Under the pieces are notes generated by a model. That model was given only the letters and a program-made list of their open reading frames with translations, was not told the origin of the DNA and ran no database searches. DNA of 32,000 bases from an uncultured Actinomycetes bacterium (GTDB taxonomy: Bacteria; Actinomycetota; Thermoleophilia; RBG-16-64-13). Shown here piece after piece: positions 17,898 through 27,224 of this stretch. The translations under genes were made by a program, and so were the position numbers. How positions within the stretch are numbered: position 1 is the first letter of the stretch; each line of letters opens with the position of its first letter. The DNA is taken from NCBI GenBank assembly GCA_963784835.1, contig CAWASM010000002.1, forward strand, positions 272,076 to 304,075. Direction: 5' to 3'.

Positions 17898-18379
17898 GCC
17901 GCAGCATCGCTCCGAAGACCCCCGCTGCTCTCCGCGACCTGTTTCCACTCCCTGCTCTCCGACTCCATGAGCGTCTCGGCACGCTCTACAAACAATGCGG
18001 CGGGATCCGCTATCCCGGCATACGGGCCAGCGCTGTAGCGAAAGAGATGTACCTCACGCTGCAAGGCTTCGCATGTGAGTCGATGCGTGATCCACGACTC
18101 CTTGTTCTTGAAGGCTGACAAGCTCACGGTCGCGATTGCCGCCACCATTGCGACCGCAGCAGGCAGGATCCGAAAAATCACCTCCGACGGATGGTCCAGC
18201 GGTGGAGGCGAGAAGATTATGTCCAGTACCAGGAGCACAGGGGTCAACGCCGTCGCTCCGATGGACAGTGCCGCCAGACGGCGGAATCGGCGCCGGTGCT
18301 GCACGGCCTTGCGGCCGTGATACTTGATTTGGCCTTCAACGCGCTCGGTCAAGTACAAGCCAACATCTGACGCGCCCAT
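17894..18379 (-). CDS. DUF4231/SLATT-family 2-TM protein
   Basis: ATG 18379 lies 4 nt after AGGAGGG; the ORF is open up to 18424. 'QIKYHGRKAVQHRRRFRRL' is followed by two TMs ('ALSIGATALTPVLLVLDIIF', 'ILPAAVAMVAAIATVSLSAF') and then 'ESWITHRLTCEALQREVHLFRYSAGPY', which is the DUF4231 layout. Confidence 0.75.
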   Translation of the reverse strand: MGASDVGLYLTERVEGQIKYHGRKAVQHRRRFRRLAALSIGATALTPVLLVLDIIFSPPPLDHPSEVIFRILPAAVAMVAAIATVSLSAFKNKESWITHRLTCEALQREVHLFRYSAGPYAGIADPAALFVERAETLMESESREWKQVAESSGGLRSDAAA

Positions 18380-18507
18380 GAGGCCCTCCTGGTCACCATC
18401 TGACTCGACGCTTCTTCTTACCATTTTAACGGCGTCACGCGCAACTCCACGGGGGTCAATTCAGGGGGCAGGCGCGTTAAGAGCAGCCTACGTGACGATC
18501 CCGCCAA

Positions 18508-18537
18508 AAGAAAAAGGCCCGGAAATCCGGGCCTTTC
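18508..18537 (-). terminator. Rho-independent terminator after tRNA-fMet
   Basis: On the minus strand the stem aaaggcccgg/ccgggccttt is followed by a T-rich run (tttttctttt). It starts 4 nt after the CCA end. Confidence 0.7.
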
Positions 18538-18540
18538 ATA

Positions 18541-18617
<77 letters not shown>

Positions 18618-18840
18618 CCGCTGTGAACGGGAAGTATAGCACGACGCCCACGCCAGCGACGGCAAAGGCCCTGCCAACCTACTCCCTTGGTCCCATCGCA
18701 ACCCCGCCTTCAACGCGCTATCATCGCGCGGCCCCGGAAAAGGGGGGAATGCAGGCGGATTGGCGAATGGCGCTAAGTGCTTCGCCATTCTTGCCGATAA
18801 ATCCACGGAGAGGACAAAGCCAGAAGCCGTGAGAGCGTTG

Positions 18841-20052
18841 ATGCATCGAGTCCGGTCAAGCCGCGAACGTTCCTGCACCGCCGCCATCGGGCGCGCGCGG
18901 GTGATGGGTCGTGCCTGGCTGTGGATCGGCGGCGTGTTGCTCTTCGCCGGAGTCCTTCTCTTCTGTTCCCTCCCCGCCTCCGTGCAGGCCGTTCCCGACG
19001 ATTCCAAGCCCCTCCGCCTCTTCGGCGAAGTCAAGACCCAGGTAGACGACCTCACCCTCCAAGCGCAGTTCGTGCAGGCCGACATCGACTCCCTGGACGA
19101 CCAGCTGGAGCAGGCGTCCGAGACCTACAACCGCTTGCAGGTGCAACTGGACGAGTTGAACATCTCCATGAACACCATGCGCCGGCAACTGCAGGCCGCT
19201 CAGGACGACCGAGCCTACCGGCTGGAGAAGTACGAGAGCCGCGTCTGTGACCTCTACAAGGACGGGGGAAACAACGAGTTCTTGGACCTGCTCCTCTCGG
19301 CCAAGGACGGGCCGGACTTCCTGTCCCGGGTGCGGCTGGCTGCCAACCAGGCCGACGAAGACCAGCGCCTGGTAGCGAAGCTCGCGGAGAGCACCGCGAA
19401 GATGAACACCATCCTCGCCAGTATGGATGCGGCCAAGCTCCAGGAGGTCGATATCCGCCGGCAGATGAGCGACCAACGGGAGGGCATCCAGGCGGCGCTC
19501 GAGGCGCGGAAGGCCACCCTGGCCGATCTGGACACCCAGCTCTCCACCGTCATCGAGCAAGAGCGAGCGAGGCAGGCGGAGGAGCAGACCAGGCTGCAGG
19601 CCGCCCTGCAGGCCCTGATCAACGGCGGACAGGTCTACGACGGACCGCTCCCACAGACCGACAGCGAGATAATCAACCAGCTCCTCGAGACCGCGGCCAC
19701 CTACATCGGTATTCCCTACGTGTGGGCCGGCGACCGCCCGTCCACCGGGATGGACTGCTCCGGCTTCACCCGTTTCGTCTACGGCCAGCATGGGGTGGCC
19801 CTGCCGCACTTCTCCGGATATCAGGCCGAGATGGGCATCCCCGTGGACTATGTCGACATGCAGGCCGGTGACCTGGTGGCCTTCGGCTTCCCGGTGCACC
19901 ACGTGGGCATCTACATCGGCGACGACCTCTTCATAGAGGCGCCCAGGACGGGAGATGTCATCAAGATCTCGCGGCTGAGCGCACATGGCAACCTGGCCGC
20001 CATCCGCCGGTTCGACATCCAGCCTCGCATCGGACCGCCCGCCATCTACTAG
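18841..20052 (+). CDS. Secreted NlpC/P60 (C40) peptidoglycan endopeptidase with a long N-terminal coiled coil (RipA-like architecture)
   Basis: 'GIPYVWAGDRPSTGMDCSGFTRFVYGQHG...GDLVAF...HHVGIYIGDDLFIEAPRTGDVIKIS' gives the Cys/His catalytic context. The signal-like segment is 'WLWIGGVLLFAGVLLFCSLPASVQA'. The start is uncertain (ATG 18841 or 18904). Confidence 0.85.
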   Translation: MHRVRSSRERSCTAAIGRARVMGRAWLWIGGVLLFAGVLLFCSLPASVQAVPDDSKPLRLFGEVKTQVDDLTLQAQFVQADIDSLDDQLEQASETYNRLQVQLDELNISMNTMRRQLQAAQDDRAYRLEKYESRVCDLYKDGGNNEFLDLLLSAKDGPDFLSRVRLAANQADEDQRLVAKLAESTAKMNTILASMDAAKLQEVDIRRQMSDQREGIQAALEARKATLADLDTQLSTVIEQERARQAEEQTRLQAALQALINGGQVYDGPLPQTDSEIINQLLETAATYIGIPYVWAGDRPSTGMDCSGFTRFVYGQHGVALPHFSGYQAEMGIPVDYVDMQAGDLVAFGFPVHHVGIYIGDDLFIEAPRTGDVIKISRLSAHGNLAAIRRFDIQPRIGPPAIY

Positions 20053-20102
20053 GGCAGCATCGGCCCCCCACTCCACCCAGCCCGCGAGCGGCGGTCTCGG
20101 GG

Positions 20103-20117
20103 TAGAATAGGCGCATG
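20103..20117 (+). promoter_or_regulatory. Possible -10 box (TAGAAT) placed for a leaderless transcript
   Basis: TAGAAT at 20103-20108 lies 6 nt upstream of ATG 20115, and there is no Shine-Dalgarno sequence. Confidence 0.3.
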
Positions 20118-20431
20118 TCGCCTGCCATGATCATCATGATCGTTCTTATCTGTCTCGGCTTTGCGCTCTTCCTCGCCGGGTTGGTCATCTTGGCCATCAA
20201 GGCCGTCGGTCTCCTCAAGGCCGGCCGCCGGTCGGGCATCTCCTCCAGGGCTCACGTGCGGAGGTCATACGCCGCAGCCAGGCCATCGCCCCCAAGGCGC
20301 GTGCGCTTGCCGCCAAACAGAAAGTCGTGGCCGAAACGCTCAAGAGCGTTTCGGCCACGACCAACGAGTTCAGCTCACTCAAAGACGAGATCGACCGCGC
20401 TACCGGTCGCCTCACCGGGCTGAAGTCCTAG
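20115..20431 (+). CDS. Small membrane-anchored coiled-coil protein, function unknown. One frameshift near 20255.
   Basis: The N-terminal TM is 'MIIMIVLICLGFALFLAGLVILAI'. The tail 'EVIRRSQAIAPKARALAAKQKVVAETLKSVSATTNEFSSLKDEIDRATGRLTGLKS*' is in another frame. Span is 3n-1. Confidence 0.5.
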
Positions 20432-20468
20432 AGACCCACGGGGCCGCGCCCGGGGTCGCCGGTCTTCC

Positions 20469-20693
20469 CTAGGCGGCCACTACCTCCGTGATCTCGGGAA
20501 TCTGCTCCTTCAGCACCCGCTCCACGCCCATGCGCAGAGTCATCTGCGACATCGGGCAGCTGCCGCAGGCGCCGACCAGCTTGACTTTGACGATGCCCTT
20601 GGCCTCGTCGACATCGACCAACTCGACGTTGCCGCCGTCGTTCTGCAGGGCAGGACGGATGAGGTCAAGTGCTTTTTCAACGCGTTCTTTCAC
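20469..20693 (-). CDS. NifU-like (Nfu-type) Fe-S cluster scaffold/carrier domain protein
   Basis: GTG 20693 lies 6 nt after AAGGAG. 'VEKALDLIRPALQNDGGNVELVDVDEAKGIVKVKLVGACGSCPMSQMTL' carries the CxxC motif. Confidence 0.8.
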   Translation of the reverse strand: MKERVEKALDLIRPALQNDGGNVELVDVDEAKGIVKVKLVGACGSCPMSQMTLRMGVERVLKEQIPEITEVVAA

Positions 20694-20727
20694 GACTGTC
20701 TCCTTGCTACTTCGATCCTTCTCTGGC

Positions 20728-21913
20728 TCAGACCTTGACGATGGTCGCGATGCCCTGGCCGCCACCGATGCACATGGTGGCAAGACCGTAGGTGCCGCCC
20801 TCCTGCTTGAGCGCATAGATGAGCGTGGTGAGGATGCGGGCGCCCGAGGCTCCGATGGGATGCCCCAGAGCGATGGCCCCTCCGTAGAGGTTGACCTTGC
20901 TCATGTCGAGACCCAGTTCCTGGGCCACAGCGCCGGCTTGGGCGGCGAAGGCCTCGTTGGCCTCGATGACGTCCATCTGCTCGATCTTCATGCCCGTCTT
21001 TTCCATGACCTTCTTGGTGGCGTAGTAGGGGCCCATGCCCATGTACGCGGGATCGAGGGCGGCGGTCGCATAGCCCACGATGGTGGCAAGGGGCTTGAGG
21101 CCCTTCTTCTCGGCCCACTCGGCCGAGGCCACCACGAAAGCCGCGGCGGCGTCGTTGATGCCGGAGGCGTTGCCGGCGGTGACGGTGCCGTCCTTCTTGA
21201 ACGCCGGCTGGATCTTGGCCAAGCCTTCCAGGGTGGTCCCGGCGCGGGGATGCTCGTCGGTGTCGAAGACGACAGGATCACCCTTGCGCTGCGGGATGAC
21301 CACGGGCACGATCTCGGCTTTGAACTTGCCGTTGGCGATGGCCTCGAGCGCCTTGGTCTGGCTGTCGTAGCCGATCTGGTCCTGGGTCTCGCGGGTGATG
21401 CCGTACTTCTCGGCCACGTTCTCCGCGGTGATGCCCATGTGGATGTTGTTCATGGCGCACTGCAGGCCGTCCAGGATCATCTCGTCACTGAAGCACTCCG
21501 TCGCCCATGCGGTAGCCTTTGCGGGCATTGGGGACGAGGTAGGGCGCCATGCTCATGTTCTCCATGCCGCCCGCTACGATGCACGTCGGCGTCGCCGGCC
21601 TTGATGGCGTTGGCGGCCTCATGGACGGACTTCATGCCCGAACCGCACACGATGTTCAGCGTCCATGCGGGGATCTCCTGGGGAAGCCCGGCCTCCAGCA
21701 TGGCCTTGCGAGCGGGGTTCTGGCCCTGGCCGGCCGTCAGCACGTTGCCCATCATGACTTCCTCGCACGTCGGTGGCATCGATGCCGGCCCGCTTGACAG
21801 CCTCGGCGATGGCGATGGAGCCGAGCTTCCAAGCGCGGGATGTCGGCCAGAGTGCCGAGGTACCGCCCGACCGGCGTGCGCGCGGCGCTCAGGATGACTA
21901 CGTCTCGTGACAA
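20728..21913 (-). pseudogene. Acetyl-CoA acetyltransferase (thiolase II), broken by four +1 frameshifts in its first ~430 nt
   Basis: '[16 protein letters not shown]', '[21 protein letters not shown]', '[21 protein letters not shown]...[11 protein letters not shown]', '[17 protein letters not shown]' and the intact 266-aa C-terminal ORF ('[12 protein letters not shown]...[21 protein letters not shown]...CIGGGQG') occupy alternating frames. Span minus 4 nt equals 394 codons. Confidence 0.85.
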
Positions 21914-22015
21914 GGGGGGTCTCCTTTCCTATTCACACGTGCATATCTGCACGAAATGTACTGGGAGAAGATACCACCCCGTGCGACACCCCAACGTCAG
22001 GCGGCCCTGCCAACG

Positions 22016-22948
22016 TCAGGCGGAGGAGCCGGTCTGCCGGTCCATCCAGTCAAGGATCAAGCCGACCACGCGCGCGTCCACCGGCTTCTTCACCTGCTCC
22101 TTGTAGGTGGAGAGCCGCGGCGGCCCCGGATCGGCACGCAGAATGTGGGTGACGTCGGGCACGACGTGCTGCTCGAAGGGTGCGGTCACAAGCGCCGCCA
22201 TCCTGCCCAGGTTGCCGGGATCCACCTGGATGTCCTTTGAGCCGGTGATGGCCAGGACAGGAACGCCGATCTTGGCCAGATCGCCGCTGGGATCGTATTC
22301 CAAGAATTCCCGCATCCACTTGGCGTTGAGCTTCGCCACCAGTTGAGTCCGGTACCAGTCGTCACGGGACCGCTTGATCTTGTCCAATTGCTTCCTCTGC
22401 GCCTTCACCACGTCGATGTGCAGCAGCTTGACGAGCAAGCCGCTGAACCCGGTCATGCCGGCGGCGATCTGCTGCGCCTGCCACACGAGTTCTTCCTCGC
22501 CACGTCGGGCGCCGCCGGCCAAGAGGATCACGCCTGCCACCTCGGGTGTCCGAGCCGCCACCATCGTCGCAAGATAGGCGCCTTCGCTGTGGCCCAGCAG
22601 GAAGATCTTCTCCCCCGCGACGATCTCCTTGGAGCGGATGAACCCCACCGCCGCCTCGACGTCGGCCGCGTTGTCCGCCAGCCCGGCCGCCCAGAAGTCG
22701 CCCTCGCTTTCCCCGACCCCCCGTTTGTCGTAGCGCAGAGAGTCGATGCCCCGCTCCGCGAGATGGCCTGACAGTTGCCCAAACACGTTGATGCGCATCC
22801 GCTCGTGGTTCTCGTCACGGTCCACCTGGCCGGAGCCGGGGATCATCAGAACGCACGCGGAACGACGGGGCTCGCCGCCGATGGTGAGGGTACCCGCCAG
22901 ACGCGCCCCTGCAGAGTCGAAGAATATGCCCTGCTCGCTCATGCCCAT
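22016..22948 (-). CDS. Alpha/beta-fold hydrolase
   Basis: Intact ORF with the nucleophile elbow 'LLGHSEGA' and late Asp/His contexts ('GSKDIQV', 'DVTHIL'). Confidence 0.75.
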   Translation of the reverse strand: MGMSEQGIFFDSAGARLAGTLTIGGEPRRSACVLMIPGSGQVDRDENHERMRINVFGQLSGHLAERGIDSLRYDKRGVGESEGDFWAAGLADNAADVEAAVGFIRSKEIVAGEKIFLLGHSEGAYLATMVAARTPEVAGVILLAGGARRGEEELVWQAQQIAAGMTGFSGLLVKLLHIDVVKAQRKQLDKIKRSRDDWYRTQLVAKLNAKWMREFLEYDPSGDLAKIGVPVLAITGSKDIQVDPGNLGRMAALVTAPFEQHVVPDVTHILRADPGPPRLSTYKEQVKKPVDARVVGLILDWMDRQTGSSA

Positions 22949-23056
22949 CTCCCACGCTCTATGGATCGACCGCTCCTCGAGGACAAATGATAACCCGAGA
23001 ACCCGCAGGCGAGCGTCGTCCGGCGTGGCTCAAAGATGCACCCGCCGGGAAGATGG

Positions 23057-23081
23057 AAACGGCCCGCAACGCGGGCCGTTT
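23057..23081 (-). terminator. Terminator-like hairpin downstream of the Tag-like gene
   Basis: Stem aaacggcccgc/gcgggccgttt with a 3-nt loop, followed on the minus strand by tttcc. Confidence 0.45.
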
Positions 23082-23151
23082 GACGGCTGGACGGGACTGC
23101 TCGCGACTGCTCGCTCTGAGTCGTCGGAGCCCTCTTCGCAGGCGTCACAGC

Positions 23152-23608
23152 CTAGGCAGCGTCGGCCTCGCGCGGCCGCCAGCCGGCGCTGAACAAGAAG
23201 AAGAGCGCCGACGTGCGGCCCAGGTGGGTGAAGCAGTGCGACAGCTCTTCGGCCGCGGCATCAAGGTCCTCGCCCGCTCCCCATTCGGTCAGGCAGGCAT
23301 GAAACGAGGGATGAGTCCCCGGTCTTCTCCAAGAAGACACCCGCGTTGTGGATGACCGCCTCGATCTTGCGCCGGTTGCGGATGACCGCCGGGTCGCCGA
23401 GCAACTGAGTGACGTCGGCCTCCCCCATCTGCGCCACCTTGCTGGGATCGAAGCCATGGAAGGCGTCGCCCATGCTCTTCCAGCGCGACTCCACCACCTT
23501 GGGCCCAAGCCCTGCCGAGAACACCGCCCGCGCCAGAAGCCCGAAGTATTCCTCGTCGGACTGCGGGAACTCGCCGGCACGCTGCATCCAAGTCTGCTTC
23601 TCGAACAT
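23152..23608 (-). CDS. DNA-3-methyladenine glycosylase I (Tag)-like protein, short form. One frameshift at the C-run 23317-23320.
   Basis: 'YFGLLARAVFSAGLGPKVVESRWKSMGDAFHGFDPSKVAQMGEADVTQLLGDPAVIRNRRKIEAVIHNA' parallels the Tag core. The C-terminus 'HPSFHACLTEW...FTHLGRTSALFFLFSAGW' is in another frame. Span is 3n+1. Confidence 0.6.
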
Positions 23609-23754
23609 GGTCCCTCCTCGCCCTCATTCGACCGGTCACCTTGTTGTGGACAGGTCGATGGTAGGAGCGGAGGTATGGGAGGTCTCTACAACGTCGGTCC
23701 CATCTTGGCGGGGACGACACGCCGAGCCGCGGCGGCGCGATCGGGCGCCCCGGC

Positions 23755-24459
23755 CTAGAGGCCCAGTCTGCGCCGGACGGCTTCGCCCTCCAGCTCGCGC
23801 AGCGCGTCGGAGGCCACCCAGCGGGCGGTTTTGCTGTCCGCGGCCGCTAGGCGTCGCGCCGTCTCACAGGCGAGCGCGTTGAGCACTGCATTCCGTTTGC
23901 CGATCTGGCGGAGGGCCCAGTTGACCGCCTTCTTCACGAAGTTGCGCTCGTCGGTCGCCTCCCGCTCGATGGCGGCCAGCAGCGGCTGGAACCGTGAGTC
24001 GGCGGCCTTCTTGTCGTGCACGGCGAAGACCGCCATCAGGGCGAAACCGGCCCGCTTGACGAACTCCTCGTCGCGGGCGCTCCACTCCAGGGCTTTGTCC
24101 CAGGCCGGCGCGGCAGCGACGAACAGATTGAGGCAGAGCTGGTCGCAAACGTCCCAGGAGTCAAGGTCGAGCGCCCAGGCGTCCATCTGCTCGGCGGTCA
24201 CCAGCGCGGCTAAGTCGACCATGCCCGCCAGCAGCCGAGCCTCGTGGATGCCGGTCTGCCAGAGTTCGAGGGCGAGGGCATGGCGGGCCGGGTTCTGCCG
24301 CCCCACTTCGGTCACGATCCGCTTGCCCAGGGCCCGCACTTCCGGCACTGTCCAGCCGTAGGCCTTGTCCACATTGATGCCAAAGCGCGCCATGCCGGCG
24401 AGCGCCTTCTCGTCGCGGCGGGACTGGAACTCCGCCACTACCTCAGCAACGGCGATCAC
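23755..24459 (-). CDS. DNA alkylation repair protein (AlkD-like HEAT-repeat family)
   Basis: Intact ORF. 'FGINVDKAYGWTVPEVRALGKRI...ALELWQTGIHEARLLA...DSWDVCDQLC...FVKRAGFALM...FVKKAVNWALRQIGKRN' fits the DNA_alkylation family pattern. Confidence 0.7.
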   Translation of the reverse strand: MIAVAEVVAEFQSRRDEKALAGMARFGINVDKAYGWTVPEVRALGKRIVTEVGRQNPARHALALELWQTGIHEARLLAGMVDLAALVTAEQMDAWALDLDSWDVCDQLCLNLFVAAAPAWDKALEWSARDEEFVKRAGFALMAVFAVHDKKAADSRFQPLLAAIEREATDERNFVKKAVNWALRQIGKRNAVLNALACETARRLAAADSKTARWVASDALRELEGEAVRRRLGL

Positions 24460-24468
24460 GGCCTCACG

Positions 24469-25158
24469 TCATTCCACCCGTAGCTCCACGTCGTCCACGG
24501 TCCGTGCCACCCACTCGCGCGCCACCGCCCCGCGGTCGCTCAGGTCCAGTTCGCGCAGTCCGTGGTCCGGAGTCAGTTCCACGACGCGGTCGGCCAGGCG
24601 AAGGGCCTCGGTCAGCTCGTGGGTCACATACACCACGGCCGTCTTGCGCTCCTTGATGATGCCCTCCAAGATGCCCATGAGCGACCCCTTGAGCGTCACA
24701 TCCACATTGGAGAAGGGCTCGTCCAAGAGCAGCACCTCCGGCTCCACCGCGAAGGCCCGCGCCAGCGACACCCGCTGAGCCATGCCCCCGCTGAGCTCCG
24801 CCGGATGGTAGCGCTCGAAGCCCGCCAACTCCACCCGCTCCAGCCAACGCTCGGCGACCGGCCAAGCCTTGGCTTTGTGCATGCCCCGAGCGCGAAGCGG
24901 TCCGGCCACATTGTCCAGCGCCGTGCGCCAAGGCAGCAGCCGCGGCTCCTGAAAGACGTAGCCCACCTCCCCCGCGGTGACCGTCACGGTGCCCTCGTCC
25001 GGAGCCAGGATGCCGGTGATGAGCTTCAGGATGGTGCTCTTGCCCGAGCCGGAGGGTCCCACTATGCCCAGAATCTCTCCCGCGCCCACATGCAGAGAGA
25101 CAGCGGATAAGACTTTGAGAGAATCAAAGGCCTTGCTCACGTCTTGGAAGGTGATCAT
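24469..25158 (-). CDS. ABC transporter ATP-binding protein (NitT/TauT-like)
   Basis: Walker A 'GPSGSGKST', signature 'LSGGMAQRVSLARA' and Walker B 'LLLDEP'. The start overlaps the permease stop. Confidence 0.9.
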   Translation of the reverse strand: MITFQDVSKAFDSLKVLSAVSLHVGAGEILGIVGPSGSGKSTILKLITGILAPDEGTVTVTAGEVGYVFQEPRLLPWRTALDNVAGPLRARGMHKAKAWPVAERWLERVELAGFERYHPAELSGGMAQRVSLARAFAVEPEVLLLDEPFSNVDVTLKGSLMGILEGIIKERKTAVVYVTHELTEALRLADRVVELTPDHGLRELDLSDRGAVAREWVARTVDDVELRVE

Positions 25159-26054
25159 CCGACCCCCTTGCGCCAGCGCATCACCCGACGCCTGAGGGGG
25201 CGCAGCACGCCGAACTCCAGCAGAGCCATCAGCGCTAGAAGCAACACGATCCAGGCGAAGAGTCCCGGGGTGTCGAGGTTGCTCATCGCTCGGGAGAAAG
25301 AATGTCCTATACCGCTCATGGCCGCGAGGACCTCAGCCAGAACCACCGCCCTTACCCCGATGCCCGTGGCCAGGGTCAAACCGGCCAGCGCGGGCGACGC
25401 GGTACCCGGCAGGTAGATCTCGGTGAGCATGAGCCGCCGGGGATAGTGATAGACGCGGCCCATCTCCACCAGCCGGGGATCGAGGTTGAGCACGCCGGCC
25501 AGGGTGTTGATGTACATGGTGGGCACCACGATGAGCGCGACGGTGAAGATCACCGTAAAGTCGCCCAGGCCGAACCACACCATGGCCAACCCCACGATGA
25601 TGATGGCCGGGATGGTCATGCCCACCCAGCGAAGAGGCTCCAGGAACGAGCGCAGCCGCGGTCCGAGGCCGGCCAGCAGGCCGAAGACCCAGCCCAGCCC
25701 CACGCCGATGGCAAGGCCGATGACCAGGCGCTTGAGCGTGATGAGGAGTTGGATCCAGAGCGTCCCGTGAGCGGCCAAGCTGCCCAGCGCCTTGGCTGTC
25801 TCGACAGGCGAGGCAACAAACACTTCGCTGACCCAGAGGGAGAGGAGTTCCCAGCCTAGCAGGAGAGCGGCCGTCCCCAGAGCGGCGTAGAGGAGGCGGG
25901 TGCGGCGCGAAACGGGGCCGGGAGGTGCGGGCTGCCCACCGGGCTTCAGGCCCGGCGCGGTGCGGCGCCGCGAAGCGGTGCCGCGCGGCCCGGCGGGGTC
26001 TTTCGACCCCGCCGGATCCGGTGAGTGCTTATGGGGCGTAGTAGAAACCATCAT
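25155..26054 (-). CDS. ABC transporter permease (BPD_transp_1 type, NitT/TauT-like)
   Basis: Intact ORF with a Pro-rich N-terminal extension and then about 6 TMs. The EAA-like loop lies around 'EMGRVYHYPRRLMLTEIYLPG'. Confidence 0.85.
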   Translation of the reverse strand: MMVSTTPHKHSPDPAGSKDPAGPRGTASRRRTAPGLKPGGQPAPPGPVSRRTRLLYAALGTAALLLGWELLSLWVSEVFVASPVETAKALGSLAAHGTLWIQLLITLKRLVIGLAIGVGLGWVFGLLAGLGPRLRSFLEPLRWVGMTIPAIIIVGLAMVWFGLGDFTVIFTVALIVVPTMYINTLAGVLNLDPRLVEMGRVYHYPRRLMLTEIYLPGTASPALAGLTLATGIGVRAVVLAEVLAAMSGIGHSFSRAMSNLDTPGLFAWIVLLLALMALLEFGVLRPLRRRVMRWRKGVG

Positions 26055-27139
26055 CGGGCAGTTTCCCGCCGATGACCTCTGGTGACAACTCCATCAGCGC
26101 CGTGTAGAAGGCGGCCAGACTGGCCTTGGCCTCGAGAGCGGGGGTGTACTTCCAGGTGATGCCCTTGAGCGCGGCGGTCATCACCGGGGCTTTGAGTCCC
26201 AGATCGGGCAGTTCGGTCTCCACCAACTGGCCGGCCGCCTCGGGGTTGGCCAGCATCCACTCGACGGCGGCCGCGTATTCGCGCTGGAAGGCGGCGATCG
26301 ACGTCCGGCCTGCCCAGGACGTTGGGGGTGGCCACCGTGCCCGCGATGGGGCTTGTGGCGCCGGGGCCGGCCGCGGTCTCCCAGGCCTTGTCGAAGGCCA
26401 GGACCTTGCGGAGCGGCTTTTCGGCGTCCTTGGTCTGCAGCACCACTGCCGTAGCCAGGGCCTCGCTCAGCACTGCGTTGTCAACCTGGCCCGACACCAG
26501 CAGTTGGGCCGCCTGGGTGGGGTCGGCGGCGTAGCGCAGCTTGAAGTCCTTGACCGGGTCGAGGCCTTCCTTCTTGACGATGTACTGGAAGGTCACGTCG
26601 GGCACGCTGCCCTGGAACGGGACCACCAGCGACTGCCCCTTGATATCGGTGAAGTCGGCGGCAGCCGGATCGCGCGTGACCAGATAGGTGATGTTCCACA
26701 CCGAGATGTCCAGCAACTGCAACGGGAGGCCCTTGTTGTAGAAGATAGCCGCGGTGTTGGAGGGCACGGTGACGAAGTCGCCCTGCTTTCCTGCCACGAT
26801 GGCCTTGAGCTGGTCGGGGTTCTCCCAGATCACCAGGTCGGTCTCATCGGCCACGCCGGCCAGTTTGTTGTTGACCTTCAGGTAGGCCATGGGTATGGCC
26901 ATCGGTCCGGGCGGAGCCACCAGGGTGAGCTTGTCGAGCTTCGCCAGGCTGGTAGTGGTCGCCGCCTCGCTGGTGCTGGTGATCGGCGCCGCCGTGGTCG
27001 GCGTCGCGGTGGTGACCGTGGTCTCAGGACCGGCCGAACCACATCCTGCCACGAACAGGAGCCCGCACGCCAGCAGCACTGCCAGGAGCAGGGCAAGTGA
27101 GCTCGAACGCCCGTCTGATGGCCTCGTCACTTGATGCAT
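26029..27139 (-). CDS. ABC substrate-binding lipoprotein (NMT1/THI5-like, NitT/TauT family). One frameshift near 26300.
   Basis: ATG 27139. Lipobox 'LFVAGCGS' followed by a Thr-rich linker. The body is in ORF 26051-27316 and the C-terminus 'SIAAFQREYAAAVEWMLANPEAAGQLV...' is in the frame of ORF 26029-26256. Span is 3n+1. Confidence 0.8.
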
Positions 27140-27224
27140 AGTCGTCTTGCCTTTCCGTCTCAGTAACACGTCGCCGGGTGTTCGGTGCACTACGTTTCGG
27201 AGAGTCAGGGCTCTACCCCGGCGC

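Noticed and set aside
18856-20076. 406-aa ORF on the minus strand, opposite the NlpC/P60 gene
   Set aside because: It is a high-GC antisense shadow ORF. Its translation is Gly/Arg/Val/Leu-rich with no motif, while the plus-strand frame carries unambiguous NlpC/P60 catalytic motifs.
20488-21897. 469-aa plus-strand ORF spanning the NifU-like and thiolase region
   Set aside because: It is antisense to two recognisable minus-strand genes and low in complexity (Gly/Ala/Leu/Asp/His-rich). It has no start context or motifs.
21994-22026. 13-bp direct repeat caacgtcaggcgg (two copies) at the 3' end of the hydrolase gene
   Set aside because: It is a single short duplication straddling a stop codon, with no further copies or associated structure. 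I cannot support a function.
27140-27224. TPP (THI-box) riboswitch upstream of the NMT1/THI5-like binding-protein gene
   Set aside because: A CTGAGA string is present on the coding strand. The rest of the THI-box (the conserved ACCTGATCTGGATAATGCCAGCG-type arm and the expected order of elements) is absent.
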